Shown here one piece after another: positions 29,029 through 41,432 of a stretch of DNA of 64,000 bases. Source of the DNA: an uncultured delta proteobacterium (GTDB taxonomy: Bacteria > Myxococcota_A > UBA9160 > SZUA-336); the NCBI GenBank assembly GCA_963704165.1, contig CAVPHD010000009.1, forward strand, positions 192,001-256,000, in the 5' to 3' direction. The notes beneath the pieces were generated by a model that was not told where the DNA came from, ran no database searches, and worked only from the letters and a program-made list of their open reading frames with translations. The position numbers and the translations under genes were made by a program. How positions within the stretch are numbered: the first letter of the stretch is position 1; the number at the start of each line of letters is the position of its first letter.

Positions 29029-30704
29029 CGCGCACCCTTTTCCCGCTGCTCGCCCTGCTCGCATGGACCTCGACTGCTCACGCACAGGCACCGAGTGCCG
29101 GCGAGGTGCTCGGCCAGGATCGGTTGATCACGCTCCCCGACGCCGTGGCTCTGGCCCTCGAGCACAACCTCGGGCTTCAGGTCGAGCGACTCGATCCGGC
29201 GATCGCGCGCGAACGCGTGCGGGAATCGTGGGGCGCGTTCGATCCGAGCATCGTCGGGCTCTACGACCGGCAGCACGTCGAGACTCCGGTCGCGAGCTCG
29301 GTACAGAGCTTCTTCGGCACCCAGGGGGATCGGACCACCGATGACTACTACATCTACAATGGCGGCCTGCGCGGAATCCTGCCTTGGGGCTTCTCCTACT
29401 CGAGCGGCTACACGCTGCAGATCCTGAACTCCGACTCCGGCATCTACTCGCTCGATCCGCAGTACACCGCCGTGTGGCGCAGCGAGATGGTCATGCCGCT
29501 GCTCCGCAACCTGTACTGGAGCACGCCCGACCTGCTCGTGCGCCGGAGCCGGGTCACGCAGGACATCACCGACGAGAACTTCCGCGCACGACTCTCCGAC
29601 ACGGTCGCACTCGTCGAGGCCGCGTACTGGGCGCTCGCCGCGACACGCGCGCTCGAGGCCTCGGCGACGAAGAGCGTCGAGACCGCGAACGACCTGCTCG
29701 AGCAGACGAAGGTGCAGTACCAGGTCGGCGTGGTCTCGAAGGTGCGCGTGACCGAGGCGGACGCGGGTCTCGCGCAGCGCGAGTTCGATCGGATCGTGCG
29801 CACGAACGAGGCACAGGCGGCGCAGGACCGGCTTCTGACCGCGATCCTCGCACCGCAGATCGGCGACTACGCCTCCACGCACATCCGCACCGAGGAGCCG
29901 ACCTTCGTGCCCTACGAGGTGGATGCGGAGACGGCGCTCGCGAGGGCGCGTGCACAGCGTCCCGAGCTGGTCGCCGCGCAGAGGGCGGTCGAGAACGCCG
30001 AACTCGACGAGCGCTACGCATGGAACCAGAAGCTGCCCGCGCTCGACGTACGCGCGAGCTGGGCCAACAACGGAATGTCGGGCGAGCAGAAGGTGGCGCC
30101 CGGCACACCGGTCACGAGTCCGATCCCGAGCATCAACGACAACGGCACGCCGGGCGATCCGACCGACGACTATCCCGAGATGGTGGCCCGGCCCGCCGCG
30201 AACCTCGGCTACCCGACCGGACGTTGGTCGGCGAGCAGCGACTTCTTCGACGCGAGCGGCGAGCACAGCTGGGGGATCGGCGCGAATCTCGTGGTGCCGA
30301 TCGGGAACGACACGCTCGACGCGCGCCACGTTCAGAGCAAGATCCTGCTCCGCCGGGCGAAGACGAACCTGCGGATCCAGCAGCAGAACATCACGGTGGA
30401 CGTGCGGAACTCCGTGCGCGACCTGAAGAGCGCGATCGACGGGGTGAAGGCGGCCTCGCGCGCGCGGATCGCCTCGCAGGAGACGCTGCACGCCGAGCAG
30501 GAGCGGCTGCGGCTCGGCGACTCGACGCCGCACACGGTTCTCGACTACGAAGAGGACCTGCTGCTCGCGGAGAGCAACGAGATCCGTGCGCTGCAGGTCT
30601 ACCGCACCGCGATCGCCGCGCTCGAGCGCGCGCAGGGCACGCTGCTCGACAAGCTCGGCATCGACGTCGTCGACGAACGCGACCGCGGCCTCGGTCAGTT
30701 CTGA
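29025..30704 (+). CDS. TolC family outer membrane protein
   Basis: Signal peptide; two OEP repeats (AVALALEHN; VEAAYW; A...RPEL; LPALDV; GDST..VL). Confidence 0.9.
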   Translation: MTRTLFPLLALLAWTSTAHAQAPSAGEVLGQDRLITLPDAVALALEHNLGLQVERLDPAIARERVRESWGAFDPSIVGLYDRQHVETPVASSVQSFFGTQGDRTTDDYYIYNGGLRGILPWGFSYSSGYTLQILNSDSGIYSLDPQYTAVWRSEMVMPLLRNLYWSTPDLLVRRSRVTQDITDENFRARLSDTVALVEAAYWALAATRALEASATKSVETANDLLEQTKVQYQVGVVSKVRVTEADAGLAQREFDRIVRTNEAQAAQDRLLTAILAPQIGDYASTHIRTEEPTFVPYEVDAETALARARAQRPELVAAQRAVENAELDERYAWNQKLPALDVRASWANNGMSGEQKVAPGTPVTSPIPSINDNGTPGDPTDDYPEMVARPAANLGYPTGRWSASSDFFDASGEHSWGIGANLVVPIGNDTLDARHVQSKILLRRAKTNLRIQQQNITVDVRNSVRDLKSAIDGVKAASRARIASQETLHAEQERLRLGDSTPHTVLDYEEDLLLAESNEIRALQVYRTAIAALERAQGTLLDKLGIDVVDERDRGLGQF

Positions 30705-30834
30705 GGGTCGAATCCCTCGCGGTTGTCAGGGTCGGTCAGGCGAGGCTACCCTCGTGGCTCGCACGGACACCGCTTGGGTGTGACCTCTCTCACCGACGGC
30801 GATGGCCGACTCGCGGCAACGTGCAGGAGTGACC

Positions 30835-31368
30835 ATGGCGTTGTGGAAGAACAGGGGCGACGGTGACGAGCCCGAGCCGAAGTCCGAACCGACGAGAGTG
30901 ACCAGCTACGCGCCGCCCGCGGGACCGCCCGGTCCCGGTGAGCGCCGCCTCCCGGGGGGAATCGAGATGGCGAACATCGGAAAGTCGATCAGCATCAAGG
31001 GGGACGTCGTCGGCGACGAGGACACGATCCTCGAGGGGCGGGTCGAGGGGCGTGTCTCGCTACGCAATCACCACCTGACGATCGGCCCGAACGGAGACGT
31101 CCAGGGCGAGGTCGCGGCCAAGCAGGTCACGGTGGTCGGCAAGGTCTCCGGCAACGTCGTTGCGAGCGAACGCATCGAGGTGCGAGAGAGCGGGCGGATC
31201 CAGGGCGATCTGATCGCGCCGCGCCTGACCGTCGCCGAAGGCGCGATCATCAACGGTGCGATCACGATGAAGGAGGTGGGCGCACTCGGGCAGGCTCGGC
31301 CGGGTGAGAAGAAGCCCGACCTCGCAGCCAGCCCGACACCGGCGCCCGGGATCCAGAAGGTCGGCTGA
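30835..31368 (+). CDS. Bactofilin (polymer-forming cytoskeletal protein)
   Basis: IGKSISIKGDV...LEGRVEG..LTIGPNG.V.G..GKVSGNV..G.I.GDL.APRL.V.EGAIING beta-helix; GGAG SD. Confidence 0.93.
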   Translation: MALWKNRGDGDEPEPKSEPTRVTSYAPPAGPPGPGERRLPGGIEMANIGKSISIKGDVVGDEDTILEGRVEGRVSLRNHHLTIGPNGDVQGEVAAKQVTVVGKVSGNVVASERIEVRESGRIQGDLIAPRLTVAEGAIINGAITMKEVGALGQARPGEKKPDLAASPTPAPGIQKVG

Positions 31369-31380
31369 GGAAGAAGGCGC

Positions 31381-32328
31381 TCAGCTCGACGCGCGCGCCT
31401 TCGAGCCGGCCTTCGCCGGCAGCGCGTGGCCGTAGCGCCGCGACAGCCAGATCAGGAGCGCGCTCGCGACGTAGATCGACGAGTACGTTCCGATGATGAT
31501 CCCGATGAAGAGCGCGAGCGCGAAGCCGCGCAGCACCGGCCCGCCGAGGACGAGGATCGCGAGCACCGCGAGCTGGGTCAGGCCCGACGTCAGGATCGTG
31601 CGAGACAGCGTTCCGTTGATCGCCTCGTTGACGACCGACTCGAGCTCCGTCGTGCCGCGCACGCCCACCGTCTCGCGAATCCGGTCGTAGATCACGATCG
31701 TGTCGTTGATCGAGTAGCCGATGATCACGAGCAGCGCGGCGAGCACCTGCAGGTCGAACTCCCAGCCAAAGAGCGCGAAGAGCCCCGCTGTGATCGAGAT
31801 GTCGTGCACCAGCGCGACGACGGCGCCCGGAGCGTACTGCCACTCGAAGCGGAACCAGATGTAGAGCAGGATCCCGATCCAGGAGAGCAGGATCGCCTGA
31901 AGGGCCGTGCGACGAAGCTCGCCGCCGACGCGCGGACCGATCGACTCTACGCTGCGCACCTCGACCGCTGCGCCGAGCTTCTCCGAGAGACCGGCGATGA
32001 TCTTGAGCGAGAGGTCGCGGTCCTCTTCCTGTGACGACGGCAGATTGATGCGGAACGTCCGCTCCCCGGGGGAGCCCACACGCACGATCGAACCGTCGCT
32101 GCGTCCGAGCTCGCGGAGCGCCCCCCGCACACGGCCTTCGTCGACGGCGCCGGAGGCCTCGGGGATCTGCACTTCCACGACCGTCCCGCCGGCGAAGTCG
32201 ATGCCGAACTCGAAGCCCATCGTGACCATCAGAACCCACGAGGCGACGACGACCACGGCCGAGATCCCGAGGCAGAGCCGCATCTTCGAGACGAAATCGA
32301 TCCGGGTGCCGGACTTGAAGAACTCCAT
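31381..32328 (-). CDS. secF: Protein translocase subunit SecF
   Basis: GIDFAGGT, IGPRVG, HD, GYSINDTIVIYDRIRE. Confidence 0.97.
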   Translation of the reverse strand: MEFFKSGTRIDFVSKMRLCLGISAVVVVASWVLMVTMGFEFGIDFAGGTVVEVQIPEASGAVDEGRVRGALRELGRSDGSIVRVGSPGERTFRINLPSSQEEDRDLSLKIIAGLSEKLGAAVEVRSVESIGPRVGGELRRTALQAILLSWIGILLYIWFRFEWQYAPGAVVALVHDISITAGLFALFGWEFDLQVLAALLVIIGYSINDTIVIYDRIRETVGVRGTTELESVVNEAINGTLSRTILTSGLTQLAVLAILVLGGPVLRGFALALFIGIIIGTYSSIYVASALLIWLSRRYGHALPAKAGSKARASS

Positions 32329-33890
32329 CAGATCCTCAGCGTCTTGGCGTTGGCGTCGCCGTAGAAGTATTCGAGCAGCGCGCGCGTGACGACGAGCGCG
32401 GTGAACATGCTGGCGGTCAGGCCGATCGAGAGCACGACCCCGAAGCCCTGAACCGGTCCGCGGCCGAAGACGAGCAGGATCACGGCCGAGAGCAGCGTCG
32501 TCACGTTCGAATCGAAGATCGTCGAGAACGAGCGGCTGAAGCCGGACTGGATTGCGGCCCGCGCGCTCTTCCCGGTGCGAAGCTCCTCGCGGATGCGCTC
32601 GAAGATGATCACATTCGCGTCGACGGCCATGCCGACCGTGAGCACCACGCCGGCGATTCCGGGCAGCGTGAGCGTCGCGCGCGCGAGGCTCATCAACCCG
32701 AGAATGATCAGCACGTTCACCACCAGCGCGGCATTCGCGAACATCCCCGACGCGCTGTAGTAGATCGCCATGAAGACGAAGACCAGGGCAAATCCGAGCA
32801 GCGTCGCCTGCAGGCCCTGCCGGATCGAATCGGCGCCGAGCGCCGGACCGACCGTGCGCTCTTCCTCGATCACGAGCGGGATCGGAAGCGCGCCGGAGCG
32901 AAGCTGCACCGCCGTGTTCGCCGCCTCTTCACGCGTGAAATCGCCGGTGATCTGACCGCTTCGCCCGATCTTTCCCTGGATCACCGGAGCGGTGATCACC
33001 TTGCCGTCGATGATCGCGGCGAGCCGATCGCCGATGTGAGCGGCAGTGAAGTCGCGGAAGATCCCCGTGCCCTCGGTGTTCCACTGGAACGTGATGATCG
33101 GCCGGTTGCGTCGGTCGAAATCGAGGCGGGCGTCCTCGAGCATGTCGCCGGTCAAGATCGCCTTCTTCGGCACGAGCAGGGCCTCGGTCTCCTGGCCGTC
33201 GCGCCCCTCGGAGAAGACGATCTCCTGGTCCTCGGGCACGGCTCCGTCGGCGAGCTTGTTCTCGAGCAACTCCCGGTTCGGCGCGGAGTCGATCACGTTC
33301 TTGAACTGCAGGAAGGTGGTCGATTCGAGCACCTTGCGCGCGCCCGCGGGATCGACCGCGCCCGGCATCTGCACCAGGATCCTGCCCGATCCCTGCGGCG
33401 CGATGACCGGCTCGCGCACGCCGAGACCATCGACGCGCTTGCGCAGAACTTCGAGCGCTTGCAGCACGCCGCGGTCGATGACCTCTTTGCGCCAGCGCGC
33501 ATCGAGCCGGACCACGAGTGCATCGGCCTGCTCCTCGAGATCGACGATCTCGATGTTCTCCTCGACCAGCTTTCGCAGCCCCTCCAGGTCCCCGCGAAGC
33601 GCGAGCGCATCCTCGCCGATCTCCGCGCTGGCGAGAGCGATCTTCCCGTCCTCGGCGAGCGTCTCGATGTTGCCCTTGAGCTTGGTCAGCTCCTGCTCGA
33701 CCGCCGCCTCGCTGTCGATCCGGAGCAGCCAGTGGATACCGCCCTGCAGGTCGAGCCCGAGCGCGACGCCTTCGTTGCGCAGCCACCAACGGCCTTCCCG
33801 CGCCTGTTCCGGGAAGAAGCTCGGCAATGCCAACCACGCCATCAGAGCGGTCGTCAGTCCGATCAGAATCCAGCGTGCGCGCAGGCTCAA
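32328..33890 (-). CDS. secD: Protein translocase subunit SecD
   Basis: LGLDLQGG, LRSGALP, VGPALG, GMAVDANVIIFERIREE. Confidence 0.97.
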   Translation of the reverse strand: MSLRARWILIGLTTALMAWLALPSFFPEQAREGRWWLRNEGVALGLDLQGGIHWLLRIDSEAAVEQELTKLKGNIETLAEDGKIALASAEIGEDALALRGDLEGLRKLVEENIEIVDLEEQADALVVRLDARWRKEVIDRGVLQALEVLRKRVDGLGVREPVIAPQGSGRILVQMPGAVDPAGARKVLESTTFLQFKNVIDSAPNRELLENKLADGAVPEDQEIVFSEGRDGQETEALLVPKKAILTGDMLEDARLDFDRRNRPIITFQWNTEGTGIFRDFTAAHIGDRLAAIIDGKVITAPVIQGKIGRSGQITGDFTREEAANTAVQLRSGALPIPLVIEEERTVGPALGADSIRQGLQATLLGFALVFVFMAIYYSASGMFANAALVVNVLIILGLMSLARATLTLPGIAGVVLTVGMAVDANVIIFERIREELRTGKSARAAIQSGFSRSFSTIFDSNVTTLLSAVILLVFGRGPVQGFGVVLSIGLTASMFTALVVTRALLEYFYGDANAKTLRI

Positions 33891-34234
33891 GTCTTGTCTC
33901 CCTCGGGCTTCCCGGGACTGCGCGTCGCGATCGCTCCGCGCGAAACCTTCACGCGGACGTTCGGAGCGATCTCGACCGTCAGCACGTCATCGGAGAGGCC
34001 CGTCACCCTTCCATGCAGGCCGCCCGTGGTGATGACGCTGTCCCCCCGCTCCACCTGGGCGAGCATCGCCTTGTGCTCTTTGTCCTTCCGCTGCTGCGGG
34101 CGGATCAGCAACGCCCACATGAGCAGGAGCATCGCGACCAGGAAGAAGATCGGACTGCCGAAGATACCTCCGCCGCCGTCCGCCTGGGCGCGCAACGGCG
34201 CTCCGGAAACCTCGATCCCTGCCTGTGTGTTCAA
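33887..34234 (-). CDS. yajC: Preprotein translocase subunit YajC
   Basis: LIRPQQRK, GDSVITTGGLHG; upstream of secD. Confidence 0.93.
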   Translation of the reverse strand: MNTQAGIEVSGAPLRAQADGGGGIFGSPIFFLVAMLLLMWALLIRPQQRKDKEHKAMLAQVERGDSVITTGGLHGRVTGLSDDVLTVEIAPNVRVKVSRGAIATRSPGKPEGDKT

Positions 34235-35397
34235 CGGGTCGCGCTCCAGTCACCGGCCACAGCACCGGGCGCGCCGATGCGCCGGAGGTTCGTGCCCGGG
34301 TAGTAATGTGCCAGAATTCTGCGGAAGCTTTGCCCTTGGCGTGCGAGTTCGCTCGCACCCCACTGGCAGAGCCCCACTCCGTGTCCGGATCCGCTGCCGA
34401 GGAAACGCACCCGTCCGGCCTCGACGCGGACGTCGAATTTCGCACTCCGGAGTGCCCGGCCACCGAGCACCTCGCGAAGATCACGTCCCGCGAGCGTGAG
34501 CGCGCCGATCCGCAACGAGATCACCCGGCCCGAACGGCTGACTTCTGCGATCTCCACGTCGCGGACGTCGCCAGGTGCGTAGCCCGCTTCGCGCAACGCC
34601 GCGGAGAGATCGCCCAGAGAGATCTCATAGCTCCAGAAGTAGTCGGGTGCGGCGTCGTCGGGAGAGCTGACGCTGCGCAGGTACGCGACCTCGCGGCCCC
34701 AGACCTCTTCCGCCGAGGCGGTGGCGCCACCCGACGACGAATGAAAGGCCGCCAGGATCGGGCCGCCCGCGAAAACCAGCACCTGGCCCACCGTCGCGCG
34801 GGTCGCTGCACGCGCGCTCGTGGACACCGAGCCGACCGCGTAGCGCTGCGAGATCACGGAGCCCTCGAGATCGAAGCTCTCGCCCTTTCGCCGCGCGCGT
34901 TCGTGAAGCGCGTAGGTGCGGGCGACGACGGCTTGAGCCTTGAGAGCCTCGACCGGCCAACGCGCGGGCGTCTCGCTCGCGACGCTGCTCGCGACGTACG
35001 TTTCGAGCGGAACGACGTTCACGACGTCGAGGCCGCCGCCCGACGGCACGAGGCGCAGCCGACCCGGCAGGAGCTGACCGTCGAGTCGCAACGAGCTGCG
35101 CGCGCTCAGCGTCACGGCACCACGATGGCTTCGCGGGCCGATCTCGATCTGCCCGCCACGCGCGCTCGCCCGCAGGCTCTCACCCGCGAACGGCCGACCA
35201 TCGATCGCGAGCCCTTGGCCGCTGACGGAAACGGCGGGACGGGCGATCGAGACGCGAACGCGAACGAACTCCTCCGCCGCTGCGGGTAGCGCGCCGAGAC
35301 CAAGCGCGAGCGTAGCTGCGAGGACTCGCCGTGCGCTCAAGGCCCTCCCCCACCGCGTGCCGGCGGCAGGTATCGCAAAAGCCGCCCGTTCCGTCAA
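34231..35397 (-). CDS. SpoIID/LytB domain lytic transglycosylase
   Basis: LETYV..V.SE, EALKAQAVVARTYA, G.GHGVGLCQWGA, IL.HYYPG. Confidence 0.92.
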   Translation of the reverse strand: MTERAAFAIPAAGTRWGRALSARRVLAATLALGLGALPAAAEEFVRVRVSIARPAVSVSGQGLAIDGRPFAGESLRASARGGQIEIGPRSHRGAVTLSARSSLRLDGQLLPGRLRLVPSGGGLDVVNVVPLETYVASSVASETPARWPVEALKAQAVVARTYALHERARRKGESFDLEGSVISQRYAVGSVSTSARAATRATVGQVLVFAGGPILAAFHSSSGGATASAEEVWGREVAYLRSVSSPDDAAPDYFWSYEISLGDLSAALREAGYAPGDVRDVEIAEVSRSGRVISLRIGALTLAGRDLREVLGGRALRSAKFDVRVEAGRVRFLGSGSGHGVGLCQWGASELARQGQSFRRILAHYYPGTNLRRIGAPGAVAGDWSATR

Positions 35398-35425
35398 TGA
35401 ATTCGCGGAGATCGCCCGCGACCCG

Positions 35426-36871
<1,446 letters not shown>

Positions 36872-36884
36872 CGCGCGTCTCCCT

Positions 36885-38054
36885 CTACAGCCCGAGATCG
36901 CGCCGCAAATCGTCGGCTCGGCTGGTCTTTTCCCAGGTGAATGCGTCGCCCGTCCGGCCGAAGTGGCCGTGGAACGACGTCTGACGGTAGATCGGCCGCA
37001 GGAGATCGAGCGACTCGATGATTCCGCGCGGTGTCAGGTCGAAGCGCTTGCGGATCGCGGCCTCGATCTTCTCGTCATCGACACGGCCCGTGCCGAAGGT
37101 ATCGACGCGGATCGAGACCGGCTCGGCCACGCCGATCGCGTAGCTGACCTGAACCTCGATGCGCTCGGCCGCTCCCGCGGCGACGAGGTTCTTGGCCACC
37201 CACCGGCACGCGTAGGCCGCCGATCGATCGACTTTGCTCGGATCCTTGCCGGAGAACGCGCCGCCACCGTGGCGTCCCATGCCACCGTACGTGTCGACGA
37301 TGATCTTTCGGCCGGTGACGCCGGCGTCCGCTGCCGGACCCCCGAGCACGAAGCGGCCCGTCGGGTTCACGAAGATGCGGGTGTTCGCGTCGAGCAGGTT
37401 CTTCGGAATCACGGGCCGGATGATGGCGTCGAGAACCTTCGACTTCAGCGCCTCCCAGGTGATGTCCTCGTCGTGCTGCGTGGACAGCACGACCGCGTCG
37501 ATGCGCTTGGGGCCGTCGGGGCCGTACTCGACGGTGACCTGCGACTTCGCGTCGGGGCGCAGGAACTCGAGCTCGCCCGACATGCGGCACTCGGCCTGCC
37601 GCGCGACCAGCTGGTGCGCCAGCATGATCGGGAGCGGCATCAATTCCTCGGTCTCGGTGCAGGCGAAGCCGAACATCATTCCCTGGTCGCCTGCGCCCTG
37701 CTCCTTGAACAGACCCTCGCCCTCCGTCACGCCCTGCGAGATGTCCCGCGACTGACCTTCGAGCGCGACGAGGACGCCACACGACTTCCCGTCGAGGCCG
37801 TAGTCCGAATTGTCGTATCCGATGTCACAGACGGTCTGGCGAATGATCTCGGGGACGTTGACGTTCACGCCCGGCTTCGCGGTGATCTCGCCCGCGACGC
37901 AGACGAAGCCCGTCTTGGTCAGGGTCTCGCACGCGACGCGCGCCTTCGAATCCTGGGTCAGATACGCGTCGAGAATCGCATCCGAGACCTGATCGGCGAC
38001 CTTGTCCGGATGACCCATCGAGACCGATTCCGACGTGAACAACCTGCGCGCCAT
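36885..38054 (-). CDS. metK: S-adenosylmethionine synthetase
   Basis: [26 protein letters not shown]. Confidence 0.98.
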   Translation of the reverse strand: MARRLFTSESVSMGHPDKVADQVSDAILDAYLTQDSKARVACETLTKTGFVCVAGEITAKPGVNVNVPEIIRQTVCDIGYDNSDYGLDGKSCGVLVALEGQSRDISQGVTEGEGLFKEQGAGDQGMMFGFACTETEELMPLPIMLAHQLVARQAECRMSGELEFLRPDAKSQVTVEYGPDGPKRIDAVVLSTQHDEDITWEALKSKVLDAIIRPVIPKNLLDANTRIFVNPTGRFVLGGPAADAGVTGRKIIVDTYGGMGRHGGGAFSGKDPSKVDRSAAYACRWVAKNLVAAGAAERIEVQVSYAIGVAEPVSIRVDTFGTGRVDDEKIEAAIRKRFDLTPRGIIESLDLLRPIYRQTSFHGHFGRTGDAFTWEKTSRADDLRRDLGL

Positions 38055-38094
38055 CGCTTCTTCCTTCCGGCCCCAAGTCCAACGCGGGCGAATC

Positions 38095-39866
38095 CTAGCC
38101 TTGCAGGGCGCTCCGCTCAAACGCGACCGGGAATCGCTCGGCGCATCCGGTCCTCGACGAGCCGTCGGATCTCCTGGGCGCTGCCCAGGCGCAGCACCTC
38201 GGCGAGGAGCTCCCTCGCCTCGGCCGCGGTCGAATCGCGCAGGATCCGCTTCAGGAGCGGGATCGCGAACGGCGCCATCGAGAGCTCGCCGATGCCGAGC
38301 GCGAGCAGCACCCAGCAGTGCATCGGCTCTCCGGCCATCTCGCCGCACATGCCGACGACGATTCCCGCCCTGCGGGCGGCCTGCCCGATGCGTTGGATCA
38401 TCCGCAGGTGGGCCGGGTGGAGCGGCTCGTACAGGTAGGCGACGTGCTCGTTGCTGCGATCGACGGCCAGCGTGTACTGGACCAGGTCGTTGGTGCCGAT
38501 CGACAGGAAGTCCGCGAGCGGAGCGATCAAGTCGGCGATCATCGCCGCCGCGGGCGTCTCGATCATCACGCCGAGCGGAACGTCGCGATCGAAGGGCACG
38601 CCCTCGGATTCGAGCTCGGACTTCACCCTCTCGAGCGTCGCGCGCGCGAACTCGACCTCGGCCTGGCTCGAGACCATCGGCAGCAGGATCTTCAGCCGCC
38701 CCGACGTGCTCGCGCGCATCAGCGCACGCAGCTGCGTCCGGAAGACGTCGGGCCTCGTGTGCGACATGCGCACACCGCGCAGTCCCAGCGCGGGATTCGG
38801 TTCATCGGAGAGGTCGAGCCCCGTCGGCACCTTCTCGCCCCCGAGATCGAGCGTCCGGATCGTGGCGCTGTACGGCGCGACCGCCTCGATGATCTCGCCG
38901 TAGGCGGCGGACTGCTCGTCCTCGCTCGGAAGATCGTTGCGGTTCAGGAACAGGAACTCGGTGCGGTACAGGCCGATGCCCTCCGCGCCGTAGCGCAAGG
39001 CCTCTCGTGCCTCGTCGATCTGGTCGACGTTTGCGAGCAGCCCCATCGCGACGCCGTCCTTCGTCTCGGCCGGGAGATCGACGTAGCGCATGCAGCTCGC
39101 GCGATACGACGAGGAGGTCGGCGATCTGCTTGCGGTACTCCGCGATCGTGGTCGCGTCCGGATCGACGATCACACGCCCGGTGCGGCCGTCGAGAATCAG
39201 CGTGACCCCATCGGGCAGCTCCCGCACCAACTCCTCGCCCACGCCGACCACGGCCGGGATTCCGAGGCTGCGCGCCATGATCGTGACGTGCGACGTCCGA
39301 GACCCCGTCTCGGTCACGAAGCCGGCCACGCCCTCGCGTGTCACCTGCGCGACCTCGCCGGGCGACAACTCCTCGGCGACGACGATCACCCCCGGGGGCG
39401 CGTTGCGCAGACCCTGAGGCTCGCGACCCATCAGCGCTTCGAGCACGCGGCGAACGACGAAGCCGATGTCGCTGGCGCGCTCTCGGATGTACGGGTCGTG
39501 CATCGACTCGAAGACCTGCTCAAGCCTCCGCCACTCGCGCTCGACCGCCCATTCGGCGTTCAGGCCGAGGTCCCGGATGTTCGCCTCGGCCGGGACGATC
39601 AGCGTCGGATCTTCCAGAAAGAGGAACTGCGCGTCGAAGATCGTGCCAACGAGCCCCGTGCTCTCGATGCCGCGGCGGATCTCCTCGAGCTTGCGGCGGG
39701 TCTGGCCAAACGCGCTTCGCAGTCGATCGACCTCGCCGTCGACGTGCTCCGCGGCGATCTGATGTTCGGGAATCACGATCCGCTCGCGGCGCAAGACGTA
39801 CGCCGGACCGATCGCGATTCCCGGTGAAACGGGGATTCCGCTGCGCGAAGTGCGGCCGAGCGTCAT
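38095..39866 (-). CDS. ptsI: PTS enzyme I, with apparent +1 insertions near 39091 and 38142
   Basis: [17 protein letters not shown] (phospho-His), GLYRTEF, E.NPALG.RG, MIETP, GTNDL, CGE; removing the extra bases gives C-terminus [15 protein letters not shown]. Confidence 0.93.
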
Positions 39867-40138
39867 TCGCCCTCCCCGAAGCGATCCTCCACGAGTCGAC
39901 CGAGCGCGCCGATCGCGTCCTCGGCGTCCGGACCCTCCGCGACGATCTTCAAGGTCGTACCGAGCGAAGCCGCGAGCGTCACGAGCGCGATGATCGACTT
40001 CCCGTTCGCACGGGTTCCGTCGCGCTCGAGCGACACGTCGCTCTTGAATCGCTCGGCCACCTTCACGAAGGCCGCTGCGGCACGCAGGTGGAGCCCCAGC
40101 TTGTTCTGGATCTGACAGACCCTCTCGACGCGGCTCAC
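39863..40138 (-). CDS. ptsH: Phosphocarrier protein HPr
   Basis: GLHLRAA (His15), NGKSI (Ser46). Confidence 0.95.
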   Translation of the reverse strand: MSRVERVCQIQNKLGLHLRAAAAFVKVAERFKSDVSLERDGTRANGKSIIALVTLAASLGTTLKIVAEGPDAEDAIGALGRLVEDRFGEGE

Positions 40139-40560
40139 GAAGTTCCCTTCTCGGGCTCGCGGCTCGAGAGCAGGTCACTCGCGACGGAGATGTTCCTCCG
40201 CCCGTAGTCTCGCGCGAGTTCCGCGAGCTCGTGGATGCCGGTCTCGGATTTCTGCCGCGCGACCTTCACGAGCATCGGCAGGTTCACGCCCGTCACGACC
40301 TCGACGCGCCCTTCGTCGAGGAACGCGAGCGAGAGATTCGATGGCGTGCCCCCGAACATGTCGACGAGCACGAGAACGCCCTTGCCCTGATCGACCTCGC
40401 GGATCGCCTTGTCGATCTGCGTGCGCATCTCCTCGGGCGCCGTGCTCGCGGGGTCGAGGCCGATCGCACGGACGTGCGGCGTCTCGCCCACGATGTGCCT
40501 CAGCGCGGTCACGAACTCGTCTGCCAATCGGTAATGGGAGAGAACCAGCACGCCGATCAT
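40135..40560 (-). CDS. PTS mannose/fructose-type EIIA component (stand-alone)
   Basis: LVLSH, DMFGGTPSN, GVNLPML. Confidence 0.93.
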   Translation of the reverse strand: MIGVLVLSHYRLADEFVTALRHIVGETPHVRAIGLDPASTAPEEMRTQIDKAIREVDQGKGVLVLVDMFGGTPSNLSLAFLDEGRVEVVTGVNLPMLVKVARQKSETGIHELAELARDYGRRNISVASDLLSSREPEKGTS

Positions 40561-41432
40561 GCCTCGCTCCTTCGGACGCGAGCCACGTCCCGGTGGGTCA
40601 CGCGAACTTCAATTTTGCGTTCCTGGAGGTGCCGGTCCAGGGCACAGGCCACCGCCACCGAGCGATGCTGCCCGCCGGTGCAGCCGAGCGCCACCGTCAG
40701 GCGCGCCTTCCCTTCCTCCTCGTAGCGCGGAATCAGGAAGTCGATGAACTCGCAGAGCCGCACCATGAACTCGCGCGACGCGGGCGAGTCGAGCACGAAT
40801 GCGGCCACGTCGGGCTCGAGCCCGGTGCGGGCGCGAAGCTCCGGCTCGAAGTTGGGGTTGGGCAGGAAGCGCACGTCGATCATCAGATCCGCCGCCTCGG
40901 GCGGACCGTGCCGGAATCCGAACGAGACGAGCTCGATCTCCATCGCCGCGGTCCGCTCGCCGCCGGTGAAATGGCGCGAAATCTGGCGCTTGAGATCGTG
41001 CACGCTCATTCGTCCGGTATCGACGACGAGATCCGCGAGCCGCGCGATCGGCACGAGGAGCTCGCGTTCTCGCGAGATGTCCCCGAAGATCGAGCCGCTG
41101 CCGCGCGTGGGATGTACGCGACGGGTCTCGGAGAAGCGCTGCGCGAGTACCTCGTCGCTCGCCTCCAGATAGAGCAGGAGCGTCTCGAGTCCGCTCGACT
41201 TCAGCCGCTCGTGCACGGCGGGAAACGCCGAGAGGAAGCTGCGCTCGCGAACGTCGACCGCGACCGCGAGCCGGTCGCGACCCTCGCGAAACAGCTCGAC
41301 GAAAGGCTCGAGAAGCACCACCGGAAGATTGTCCACGCAGTAGAAGCCGAGATCCTCGAGCGCCTTCATCGCGGTCGTCCGGCCCGCGCCGGACAACCCC
41401 GAGACGATGACGAGCGAGGGTCCGAGACTCAT
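40557..41432 (-). CDS. rapZ: RNase adapter RapZ family P-loop protein
   Basis: SGLSGAGRT, EDLGFYCVDNLP, SFGF, DVRFLPNP, GCTGGQHRSV. Confidence 0.95.
   Translation of the reverse strand: MSLGPSLVIVSGLSGAGRTTAMKALEDLGFYCVDNLPVVLLEPFVELFREGRDRLAVAVDVRERSFLSAFPAVHERLKSSGLETLLLYLEASDEVLAQRFSETRRVHPTRGSGSIFGDISRERELLVPIARLADLVVDTGRMSVHDLKRQISRHFTGGERTAAMEIELVSFGFRHGPPEAADLMIDVRFLPNPNFEPELRARTGLEPDVAAFVLDSPASREFMVRLCEFIDFLIPRYEEEGKARLTVALGCTGGQHRSVAVACALDRHLQERKIEVRVTHRDVARVRRSEA

Noticed and set aside
38055..38117. Possible SAM/SAH riboswitch or SRP-like GGCCGGAAGGAAG motif upstream of metK-ahcY
   Set aside because: Only about 40 nt are non-coding after correcting ptsI, there is no supporting secondary structure, and the purine run is explained as an SD
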